Shown here piece by piece: positions 1 to 10,745 of a stretch of DNA of 64,000 nucleotides. Source of the stretch: Cyanophora paradoxa CCMP329 (taxonomy: Eukaryota; Plantae; Glaucophyta); NCBI GenBank assembly GCA_004431415.1, contig QPMI01000545.1, forward strand, positions 62,001-126,000. Reading direction: 5' to 3'. A program made the position numbers and the translations under genes. The notes under the pieces were generated by a model that was not told where the DNA came from, ran no database searches, and saw nothing but the letters and a program-made list of their open reading frames with translations. Each line of letters begins with the position of its first letter. Position 1 is the stretch's first letter.

Positions 1-813
1 ACCTTGCCTGCGAAGGGCGAAAAAGATGAGGGGAGGAGAAGGGAGAGAGCGGGGCGGGTCGAGAAGGGTGGGGGGAGGAGGGCGAGGGGTAAGGGACGGG
101 GCGGGGCGGGCGGGATCGAGGGGGGCTACGCACGCCAGTTGGGGACGCCGGCCTGCGGGTCAGATGAGCCGTCAGGTCAGAGGGAGACATGCAGGGCCCA
201 GAGCTCATATGAGAGGCGCGGGCGCGCCTCGTCCTTGGTGCCGAGGACGTCGATGCCCTTGAACATGTCGAGCACGAAGTAGTGGCCCTTGACGCACGCG
301 AGCTCGTTCAGCTCGTGCTGGTCCTGGATCCACACGTGGAAGGGCCGCGCGTCCGCCCCGTTGTGGTTCAGCTGCGCGGCCCCTCCCCGAGGGCCCGGAT
401 CAGAAAGGGGACGGGACGGCCGGCGGCGGCGGCGGGGGCGGCGGGGGGATCCGGGGGCGGCGGACCGCCCGCTTGAACTTGGCCGCGGCGAGAGCGACGA
501 CCTCGACGTCGCGCACGAAGCGCTTCTCGCCCTTCGCCCTGCGCCGCCGGTGCTCCCCGAAGCACGCGGCCAGCGGGCCTGCGGCGAGGGAGCGGGCAGA
601 GCCGGCGTCAAACCGGCGCCGGCGACGAAAAGGACGCAAGGCGCTAGACTGGCGGCCCCAGCCGCGCTTGGACCTACTCACGGCAAGTGAGACAGTCCAG
701 GCCAAGACGGCCGACGGGCGGCGACGGCTAACGCTTTCGAAACGGCGCAGAGAACGGTTTTAAGCCGTGCCGACAGACGCACCGTTCGACCAGCAGCTGA
801 AGAGGCCTGGCAT
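1..813 (-). CDS. Paladin-like (PTP-like phytase / phosphoinositide phosphatase) protein, 5' part; multi-exon, continues off the left edge
   Basis: Spliced exons read ...LACVKGHYFVLDMFKGIDVLGTKDE|AGVPNW|RKV, resembling the paladin N-terminal segment as I recall it (GRYFLVRD..KMDVLGT..GAPNFRQV). The start at ATG 813 (MPGLFSCW) is tentative. Confidence 0.7.
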
Positions 814-899
814 TGTCGGACGAGTTACCTTAAGCAGCGAGGTCCTTAAGTAACCCAGCTCAGAAGCCCTTCGATGTCGGCTCGCACGGCGACTACAGG

Positions 900-3800
900 A
901 TGCAACGCCGGCGACGGTCAGAGCGGGGCGGCCAGCAGGCGTTGAACTCGCTCCCCCCCCCCCCCCCCCCCCCCCCCCTCGAGAATTTGATCCCGTCCCC
1001 CCTCTCTGGCCAAGCGGAAGCCGGCGACATGGAGAGCGACGACCTGCCGCCCGGCGTCGAGCACGCCCAGCATTCGCATGCACCAGCGGGCCCCGCATTC
1101 TTCGCCAGCGCGCCGCTCTTCGCTAGCGCCCCAATCCAGCGCCAACACGACATGGACGCGCCTCCGGGAACGGCGGATTACGTAGATTTGGACGAAGTTG
1201 TCCAGCCTGAGCCGCCATTCGTCGCACCGGAGCCCCCTCCTTACACGCCCGAACCTGCCGCTCTCGCAGCACCGCCTCAGCCGCCATCGAACTTCGCCAC
1301 CCTCCCACATCCGCCTTTCGCGTCCACGCCAGCGTTCCCGCAAGCCTCCTCGCCCCAGCCCCTCGTGCACGTCTCGCCAGCCGTCGCCGTGTCGCCGATC
1401 CCGGCCGCGGCGATCCCGCTCCACCATCCCGTCGAAGCCGCACCGGCGGAGATGCAGCTCGAACAAGCGCCGACCCACGCTCCCGAGCGGCACGCGGAGC
1501 GCAAGAAGACGGCCGAGCAGCGCTGGTCGGGAACCGTAATGGCGCGCCCCGCCCCCGCCCGCGCGCCGCTCGAAGCTGAGCGCCTCCGCAGGTGCACCAC
1601 GCGACTGCGGACCTCGCTGAGGCATGCGCCGCCCCGCCGCGCCGCGGGACGGGCCGCCCCGCCGCGCCCCGGCGCTGACTCCCGGGCAGGTCTGGCGGAC
1701 GGCGTACGCCGCGGACGGCTTCGATGTTGCGGGCGCCGACCGCGCCACCGTCTCCGACTGCCTGTGCGCGCGAGCGCGCGCGCGAGCGGGCGCCCCGCCT
1801 GCCGCCCGGCAGGCGGCGCTGAGGCGCGCCGCGCAGGCCCGAGGAGCTCGAGGGGAACGTGCGCGTGCCGCACCTCTCCGCGCTGCGGACGCTCTCGCGC
1901 TCCGAGCGCTGGACCTGCGCCCTGGCGCTCCTCTTCCGCGGGCCCGAGCGCTCGGGCCCCGACGCCCTCCTCGCCTCCCTCTCCTCCCACGCCCGCGTAC
2001 GCCCCGCCCCGCCCCGCCCCGCCCCAGCCACGTGCGCCGCAGACGCCGACGCCGGCGCAGGCGCTGTACGTTCGGCTGCCGGCGCACCGCCTCTTCGCGT
2101 TCGGCTGGGCGGCGGCGCGCGAGATCTTCCCCTCCCTGGCCGACCTGGCGCCCCCCGGGGGCTACGACCTCCTCCTCCTCGCCGCCGCCCCCACGCCCGA
2201 CCCGGAGGCGCCCGAGGCGGCCCCGCCCGCCCCGCCCGCCCCGGCGCCCCGGCCCGACGCCGACCCGTCCCTGCTGCTCCTCCGCGGGGACGCGGCCGCC
2301 TCGTTCGCCCGCCTCTCCGCCGGCGCCGGCGCCGCCCCCCAGGAGCCCCGGGACCCCCTCGCCTGGCCGGCCCGCCGCCCCCGCCTGCCGTACTCCTCCC
2401 CGCTCCCGCCGGCCTCCAGAGCGGCCCTGCCGCAGGCGCAGGCGGGCGCGCCCCCGCCCGTCGAGGCTGGCCGGGCGCACGTGCTGGCGAGCCACCCGCA
2501 CGCGTTCCTGAACCTGGCGGCGCACGGGTACGCCAAGTCGCCGCAGGACCTCTTCATCCACCCGGAGACCGTCGCCCGCTTCAAGCTCAGGGAGGGCGAT
2601 CACCTCGAGGCGAGTTTCCCGTACCCCCGTGCCTTTGTTTGGGGCTGAGCCCGGTGCAGGGCCCGGTGGGGCCGGCGCGGGGTCGGAAGAAGAACTTCCG
2701 CACGCTGGAGACCATCTACTCGAAGAGCGCGCGGCCGCCCTCGCCCCCGGCCCCGCCCAGCGCCCCCAGCCCGGAGCCGGCCCCCCGCGCCCCCGCCCCC
2801 GTCGCCCCCGTCGCCCCGCCCCCGCCCCCTCGCCGGGTGCGCCCCCCCCTCCTCCGCCCCTCCCTTCCCCCCCCCCCCCTCCTGCGCCCCTTCTGAAGCG
2901 TACCCCTCCGAAAGGCCGCCCACGGTTCCCGAGTGGGTCCTCCCCACCAACCTGGTGACTGTGACCGGGACGGTCCGCCCGCTCCCCGTACCCCCCGGAA
3001 AGCGCACCCCGGCGTGACCGCGTACCCCCCCTCAGGTGAACGTGCGCAAGGGGAACTTCGCGTTCGTGCGGCCGGGGCCCTGCGCCGGACCGCCGCCCCG
3101 CGTGCGCCCCGCCCGGCCCCGCGCGCGTCTCCTCGGGTTCGAATCCGCGCAGGACGGATTCCTCTCGGTCGCGATGGTGCAGCGGTACCGCCTCATCAAC
3201 GGCGACAACGTGGAGGGTGCGTACCCCTCCCGCCTCTCGCTTCCCTTCCACCACCGCGCGGCCGCCGACGCGGATCGGGGGGTACAGGCGAGGCGACGGT
3301 GGTCGGGGACGGGCAGCCGTGCATCGTCGACCTGCGCCTCGTTAACGGCCGCCAGGTCCCGAACCCCATACCCCTCATCCCCCCGACGGTCCGCTCCGCC
3401 CCGTCCCGCCATCCCTCTCCCTCTCCCCCCCCCCCCCCCGCCCCTCACCTTCCCCTCCAGCTCCACCCTGGGCTGGGGTACGCGAACGCGGCGGGGGAGG
3501 TCGCGTGCGCCGGGCTCGTCGCGGAGAACTTCGGCCCGGGGTACGCCGTCCTCTTTTTCCGCTGGCCGCTCCCTCGCCGGCCAACTCGCCGGTGCGCAGG
3601 ACGGGCCACCTCATGATGGCCACGGACGGGTACAAGGTGCACCAGCCGATCCCCCTAGCTGCATAAACGCGTACCCCCGGACCTGTCCCTGACCCCCCCC
3701 GCAGAAGGACCCGACGAGGAGCCCGTTCATCTCGCAGCCGATGATGAAGGCGAGCGAGCGCCAGCCCGCTCACTCCCTGTCGCGTACCCCGGGCGCCGGC

Positions 3801-3921
3801 GCCCTCTGACGCCCCCGCGGCGCAGTCGGAGGGCCTGCGGACGGGTCTCTGGGTGGCCGGCTTCGCGCGGCGCGAGGGCGGCCGCTGGGAGCTCGTTCGC
3901 GTCGTCTCCTGCCGCCCGTAA
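900..3921 (+). CDS. Pro-rich protein with three Rho-RNA-binding-like OB-fold repeats; multi-exon
   Basis: Exons give AFLNLAAHGYAKSPQDLFIHPETVARFKLREGDHLE|GPV, then VRKGNFAFVR|DGFLSVAMVQRYRLINGDNVE|GEA, then PFISQPMMK|SEGLRTGLWVAG...ELVRVVSCRP*. Each resembles Rho [31 protein letters not shown]. Start is ATG 900 or 1029; stop TAA 3919-3921. Confidence 0.7.
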
Positions 3922-4011
3922 CCCCGCCCCCGCCCACGGCCCCTGCAGCTGCCGCCTCTCCGCATAAACTCTGTCGTCGTTTCGTACATTCGATCGCGTG
4001 GATTCGGCGCG

Positions 4012-5706
4012 CTACCGTCCGAAGAGGCGGCCGAAGAGGCCGCCGCCGCCCTCGCCACCGCCCTCGCCCTTGAAGTACGCCTCCAGGTCCCTGCGAGGGC
4101 GCCGAGTACGGCTCAGGCGTCTCTTCGAATCCGGGGCCGAGCCGCTGGTCCAGCGAGCCCCGGGGGCGCACCGGCCCATGGGGCGCGCCTCGAGGCCCGA
4201 GGCGAGCTGCTCGCCGCTCCCGTCCTCCCCCACCCGGAACACCTGAGAGGGGGGGGGGGTATCGGATGAGGGGGGGGGGGCGGGAAGGAGGGGAGGGTAC
4301 GGGCGCGCCTGCCACTTGGCGGCGCTGGTGTACTGCAGGGCGCCCTGCACCGACGACGTGATCCCCGTCTTAATCTGTGTGTGTGTGTGTGTGTGTGGGG
4401 GGGGTATCGTGAGCTGGAGGGGATAAGATGGGAGTGGGGGTACGGCGGGGCGCGCCTGGACGGTGCGGAAGGCGTAGCAGGGGGCGAACTGGCCCACGAA
4501 GGCGCGCGCGTCGCCGCTCCCAAAGCCGAAGTCCTACCCCCCGGGGGAGCTCGGGGGAAGGGGGGGGGGGGGGGCGCGGCGGGCGGGCAAGGGGGTAGGG
4601 GAAAGCGGACCTCGTCGCGCCACATCCTGAAAAGAGAGAAAGGTCGGAGGGGGCGAGGGAGGGCCAAGATGGGGAATGGAGGGGGATACCGGTTGAGGAC
4701 GATGACGGGGCGGTCGGCGCAGTTCTCGTCGACGTATCTGACGCGGGTTGGTGAAGGGGGGGATAAGAGGGGGTACAGGGCCATGGGGGTAAGGATTCAG
4801 GGGTACGCACTGCTTGAACTTCTTTATCGTCTCGCTGCTGGCGAAGCTCACCATGATGCCCTTCTCCCCGTAGTTCCACACGTACACTGTACCCCGGGGC
4901 CGGCGTGAGGCGGGCCCCGCTCGGGGGCGCCCCTCTTCGCGCGTACCCGAGTCCGCCTTGTCCAGGTACCCCTTCTCCTCGGGCTCCCCGTCGGACAGGG
5001 CACTGGCGAGCTGCGGGGCCGCGTCACGCGGGGCCAGCAGGGGAGTCGTAAAGGGGGCGCGCCTGCTTCTGGATCGGGGCGAGGGCGATGAACTGCTGCC
5101 CAATGCCTCCGGGCCTGCGCGGGCGGGCGTCGCGCGCGTAACTCCAAGCCCGGCCGGCCGGCCGGCCGCTCTCACCAGTCATCCAGGTCAGTCTTGCCTG
5201 GGAGCGGCGCCGGGCGGGCGTTAGCTAAACGATGCAGCCGACGCGAGCGGCCCTGCGGCGCGCGTCGGGCGCGTACCGATGAGCGGGAGGGGGACGTCGA
5301 CCAAAAGCCTCGTGGCGCCGGCGTCCAGGTCGGCCCTCAGGGCTTTCTTGGCTGCGGCCGAGATCTAGATTCAAATGCAAGCCCGATCGAAATCTGCCGC
5401 GAAGGAGGCCGCCGCACCTTGTGCGATGGTCTGGTCCAAGGTCGAAGGCATGGGCGGGTCCGCAGCGGCCCGCGGGGCGAGCGGGGCGGCCGGCGACGGG
5501 CCAGCGGCCTCTCGCCTGCGCGTGACGGGCTCGAAGCGCCGGTCCGCGCCTCCGAAGATCAGCGAGGACGCGCTGCCGACGCCCGTGGCCGACGCAGCAC
5601 GCGCCGGCCGAGGCCGAGGCCCAGCCTGCGTGCAGGAAGCGTTCGGCACGGGCGTGCAGGACGTCCTCGACTGCACGCCTACGGGCGCTGGGCTAAGGAA
5701 CGCCAT
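4012..5706 (-). CDS. Plastid-targeted DUF1995 family protein; multi-exon
   Basis: Ser/Ala/Pro-rich presequence MAFLSPAPV..., then PSTLDQTIAQ|AAKKALRADLDAGATRLLVD, DRPVIVLN, DFGFGSGDARAFVGQFAPCYAFR and GALQYTSAAKWQ|VF...EARP, which follow the DUF1995 motif order. Confidence 0.75.
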
Positions 5707-5790
5707 GGCGCGGCTGCCGGGCTGCCGGGTACAGGGTGGATCAAATTCCTTGAGGCCAGCGAAGAGTCAGCTGCAGCCCAGCAGGCCAGC

Positions 5791-7408
5791 ATGGGCGGAA
5801 TCTACTCGCGCCGCGTCGATCCGGCCGCGCGCCTTGACGGGAAGACCGCCATAGTGACAGGCTCTAACTGCGGCATCGGACTAGAAATCGCACGCGAGCT
5901 GTGCAGCCGAGGGGCTCACGTTGTGCTGGGTGCGCTCCTTCGTCTTGCTAAACGCACGTGCAGGCAGACCGCCGATGCGTCGCCGCAGCCTGCCGGAGCA
6001 AGCCGCGCGCGGAGGAGGCGCTGAAGGTCATCGCGAGCGACAAGGCCGCGGCCACAGGCTCCAGTTGGGGCGCCGCGGAGTTCGCGCACCTCGACCTGCA
6101 AAGCCTCGACGTGCGCTTTGCGCGGCCGCGGGGCTTGCGCGCGAGCGTTTCGCTCGGCGCCGACGTCGACTGACGTCGCGCTGCAGAGCGTGCGGAGCTT
6201 CGCCGAGTCGTGGAAGAAGTCGGGACGAAAGCTGGATGTCCTTGTCTGCAACGCGGGCCTCAACACGAAGGAGGAGACGTGTGCACGCGCGATCCGATCC
6301 CATCCGCGCGCCCCTAAGCGCGCCCTTCGCCCTCGCGCGCGCTCACGCATGAGCCGCGCGCGCGCGGCCGCGGCCGCCTCCAGAGTGACGGGGGACGGGT
6401 TCGAGCTGACCTTCCAGGTCAACTACCTCGGGCACTTCCTCCTCAGTCTGCCCCCCCCCTCCCCCTCCCCCCCCCCTCTCTCTTCCGCCCTTCTCTCTCT
6501 TACGGCGGCGCGCCCGCAGCGGCGCTCCTGCTGGACACGCTGAGGAGCAGCGGCACGAAGGAGGACCCCGCGCGCGTCGTGAACCTCTCCTCCTGCATGC
6601 ACCGGTGCCCCCCTCCCCGCCGTCGCGCCGTACCCCGCCCGCCCATGAGCCTCCCCCCCCAGATATGGCCATGCGGACTTCGAGAGCTTCGCGCGGAGGC
6701 CGTACCCCGGGTCGCCCTACGGGAACTCGAAGCTGGCGCAGGTCTGGTCGACGCGCGCGCTGGCGAGGCGCCTCGAGGGCTCCGCGGTCACAGTAAACAG
6801 CTGCCACCCGGGCGCCGTCAACAGGCGCGCGCCCCGCCGGCCCCCCTCTCTTCGCTTCCCGCAGGCGGCCGGCTCTGACCCTCTGCCCCCCAGCGAGATC
6901 TGGCGCTTCTTCAGCAGGTCCCCCCCCCCCCCCCCCCCCTCTCTCCTCCGCCCCCGCCTGAGCCGGCGGGCAGGCCGGCGGCGGCGGTGATCCGGCCCCT
7001 GATGTCCCTATTCTTCATGAGCACGCGGGCCGGGGCCCAGAACCCCGTGTTCGTCGCAGCCTCCCCCTCCCTCGCCCGCACTTCCGGCGCCCACTTCGTG
7101 CGCAAGCGAGGAGGAATGGGGTACCCCCAGGACTCACTCAGGGCGCCGCAGAACCCGACGTGGGGCGGGCCCTACACGGAGCTCGTCGCGTGGCTCTTCC
7201 CCGTGCTGGGGGGGTACCTCGGCTCCTTCGAGACGGCGCCCTGCGCCCTCGCGCGGGACGACGCCCTCTGCGACCGCTTCCTGTACCCCCCTTGCTCCCC
7301 GCGTTTCGGCCTGAGCTTCGTTCGCAATTGAGCTTCGTTCGCAGGGCGCGGAGCCTCGAGTGGGCCGGCCTCGACGCGTCCGTCCTGGAGGGCAAGAAGG
7401 GCCGGTAG
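5791..7408 (+). CDS. Short-chain dehydrogenase/reductase (retinol dehydrogenase / WWOX-like); multi-exon
   Basis: Motifs TGSNCGIG (TGxxxGIG), LDL, NAG, FQVNYLGHFLL, RVVNLSS, catalytic YGNSK (YxxxK) and CHPGAV. N-terminal MG may be myristoylated. Stop TAG 7406-7408. Confidence 0.92.
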
Positions 7409-7452
7409 GGGGCGCGGCGTCAAGGACAGCGCGGCCCGCCGCGAGAATCGAA

Positions 7453-8015
7453 CGCCGCAGTCTTCGTTTCTTGAACCCTATAGCCTCGTAGCATGAAATG
7501 ACTCATTTCGAACTGGCACGATCACGCGGGCGAGCTCACTTACATAACTGCATCGCGTTAAATCATCAACTGGGGCACTTCAGCTTCTGTCCATGGATGA
7601 TATCGATGGATATATAAAGCTAAATTAAAGGGGCGAATCGAACCTAATTGTGAGGCCTCGGGCCTGCCTCCTTGCTCTTGATGCACTCGCGATCGATATC
7701 GATCAGACTAGCTGCGTTTATGCAACTTGTGCAACTCTCACTCACTGAGAGTCAAGCTTTGTGTACGCACGCCGCAGTCTTTGTTGATTGAATCCTATGA
7801 GATGAAATCATGATCACTCAGTTTGAATTGGCACAATCACGTGGGCGAGCTTACAAGCTTACGTACATAACTGCATCGCGTTTGAGTATAAACTGGGGCA
7901 CTACCAGATGATGGATAGAGGAGCAAAGCGAAGGCCAGCGAAAGCCTCCTTCACTTGCTCTTAATGCACTCGATCAGACTGCGTATATGCAACTCTCACT
8001 CAAGCGTTGTATCGT
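7453..8015. repeat. Diverged ~300-bp direct tandem duplication in a convergent intergenic region
   Basis: Shared blocks cgccgcagtctt, ggcac..tcacg.gggcgagct, tacataactgcatcgcgtt, aactggggcact and ttgctctt.atgcactcg occur near 7453-7765 and again near 7770-8015. Confidence 0.75.
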
Positions 8016-8203
8016 ACACTCTGCACGCGCGGCGCGCGCGTGAAGATGAAAGAAGAAAGGGTACCTAAATGAAACTAGGGTTGCTATATATAGCTACGGC
8101 AGCCTCCGGCGAAGCCAGCGACCCGCTGGATCAGCCGGGCCCGCCGGAACCAATGAAACGTCGTCGCCGGCCGCGTGTGTGCGGCCGGCGGCGGCGGCGG
8201 GGG

Positions 8204-10713
8204 CTACGAGGGCGGGGGCGAGCGGGGGCGGGGGGAGTCGCCCTCGTGGGTCGGGGTGGAGGGCATGGCGAGGCTGAGCTCGAGGACGGGGTGGTGGTGG
8301 CGGGGGCCGCCGGGAGGCCCCAAGCTTAAGTCCACGCTGAGCGAGCGCGCAATGCCCGCGGAGGCCTCCGGCGCAGCCGGGGGCGGGGCGGGGGACGGCG
8401 AGTGGAGGGGCAGGGCTGCGGGGGCCGGAGCCGAGCGCGGGGCGAGGGGCTCCAGGCGGGGGGGCCCGTGGACGCCCTGCGGCACTCCGGGCGGGTGTGC
8501 GTGCAGGGGCGCCCCGTCGCTCTGCCGCCGGACGCCGGGCGCCGGCGCCGCCGGCCCCGATCCCGACGTGAGCTTGCCGAGGGAGCGCAGGGAGACCGAG
8601 CCTCCGCCCGGGTACGCGGGCAGCGGGCCGGAGCTGGGCGCGACGAGCGTCCACGAGGCGGCGTCCCCCGCGAAGGAGGAGGCGGAGGAGGCGGGCCCCC
8701 CGAGGGCGCTGCCGGAGAGCAGCGGCAGCGGGCCCGAGCCGTGCGCCGAGGCGTTGGGCGAGCGCTCCGCGAGGGGCAGGGGGGAGGAGGCGGCGGGGGG
8801 TACCGCGACCTCGAGGTCGGGCGAGTCGCGCTCGGCGTGCGTGGCGAGGACGGCGAGGCCGCCCGAGAGGGGCGCGGGGCCCGCCCCCAGGCGCTCGAGC
8901 GAGCGGGAGGGCCGGCGGTGCGGGCCGTGGGAAGCCGGCTCGGGCTTGCCCTGGGCGTGCCGGGCGGCGCCGGCGGCGGAAGGGAGGGAGAGGGAGGTGC
9001 CCGGGCCCTCGCGGGGCGGGGCGGGGAAGGCCGCCGGCTCCGCGGCCGGCGAGTAGGCCGGGGGCGACTCCGGGGGCGACCGCCCGCCCCCCCCGCCCCG
9101 CCCCGTCCTGCGGACCGGGCCGGCGGGTGAGGAGGGCGCGGGACGGGGGGCCGGCGCCCGCGCGCACCGGAGCTCGGACTCCCGTGGGCCCTCCAGGGCC
9201 CGGGGTGTCTTCTTCTTCGACCGGAACCTGCCGGCCCCGCGCCCTCAACAGCGCGCCGAGCCTTTACGAGTGGGGGTACGCGCACCGCCGGGAGAGGGCG
9301 CGCAGGGCGGCGGCCGGCCGCGCGGCGACAACGATGTACGCCAACGCGAAGGCCACGTACCCCTGCAGCCGAAGCGAACGTCAGCGGGCTGGGAGCTGGG
9401 CTCGAGAGGGGGGGCGTAGGTGCGGACGGTGAGGAGGGCGATGGCGAGGCCGGCGAGGGCCGCCTGCTCCACCCCCCGCTTGCTCCTGCGAGCGAAGCCT
9501 CGCGCTACCCCCCCGGGGCCCGGGGGGGGGGGGAAGCGCACGTCTCGCCGGCGACGGCGACGACGATGATGAAGGTGGCGGCCTGCACGATGGCCCCCAC
9601 GATCTCCAGCCGGTTCGCCCGCGCCGAGAGGTACGGCCGGTCCGTCGCCAGCCCCACAGCGCTCCCCATCGTGATTCTGCGCTCCGCGTGAGAGGGGGCC
9701 GCGCGGGGCGGGGCGGGGGGGGGGGGAGGAATGGGGGGTACACACATGGCGAAGACGAGCGCCCGCACGACCGCGTAGGACTGCAGGAGGGCCACTGGGG
9801 GGGTAGGAGTCGGAAGGGGGGGGGAGAAGCTGGCGGGGGGTACGGGACGGCGCGCACGGGAGAGGAAGAGGGCGAGGGAGCGAAGGGAGAGGAGCGCGTT
9901 CCAGAGCTCCTTGCCGGGCCTGAGGATGGGGGAGGGGGTGTGAGGCGCGAATGGGGGTACAGGGAATGAAGGGCGGGGGGTACCTGAAGACGCGCGTCTG
10001 GACGCGCCAGGCGGCGACTAGGGCCGTGGGGAGGGCCCGGATGTACCCCTCCCTGCGCGGACAGCGGCGGTCAGGGCGGGCCGAAGTGCGCCCTCGCTTA
10101 GAGCTCCAGTGCAGCCCGCAAGAGATTCCTCATCGGCGGGGGCGCACTTTGCGAGGGCGGGCATGACGATGAAGAAGAGGGGCAGGCCGGCGGTGTAGAA
10201 GAGGAGGGAGAGGAGCGAGGCGGGAAGGAGGCCGTTCCACGTCGCGCTGCGGCAGAAGACCGAGGGCGCGTCCTGCCACGTCGTCCGCCCGTCCGGCTGC
10301 GGGTAGCACAGGAAGAGCCGGATCGCGTTCGAGCTCAGCGGCACGTACTGCGGAGGCGAGGAAGGGGGGAATGAGCCCGGGGGGGGGGATGGAGCGCGAG
10401 GGGGGTACGCACGAGGGCCTTGACGGTGACGACGACGCCGGAGAGGGCGAGGGAGGCGGGGCGGCGGGCGGTCCTCGCGAGGGGCAGGAGCAGTACCCCC
10501 ACGAAGAAGGGGAGGAAGAAGACGAGCCAGCCTTTCGTCACCAGCGTCATCCCCAGGCACTCCAGCTGGGAGGGGGGGAAGAGTCGGGAGGGGGGGGGGG
10601 AAGGCGCAGGAGGGTAGGGGGGCACCTGGAGGAAGCCGAGGGAGAGGTTCGTGAGGGCGAAGCCGGCGAACGCGACGCGCGCCTCCTCCCCCAGTGCAGC
10701 TGCTCCAGGTCCT

Positions 10714-10745
<32 letters not shown>

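Noticed and set aside
918-3254. 778-aa minus-strand ORF and the many similar Arg/Gly/Pro-rich ORFs
   Set aside because: Antisense or off-frame shadows of spliced genes in very GC-rich DNA.
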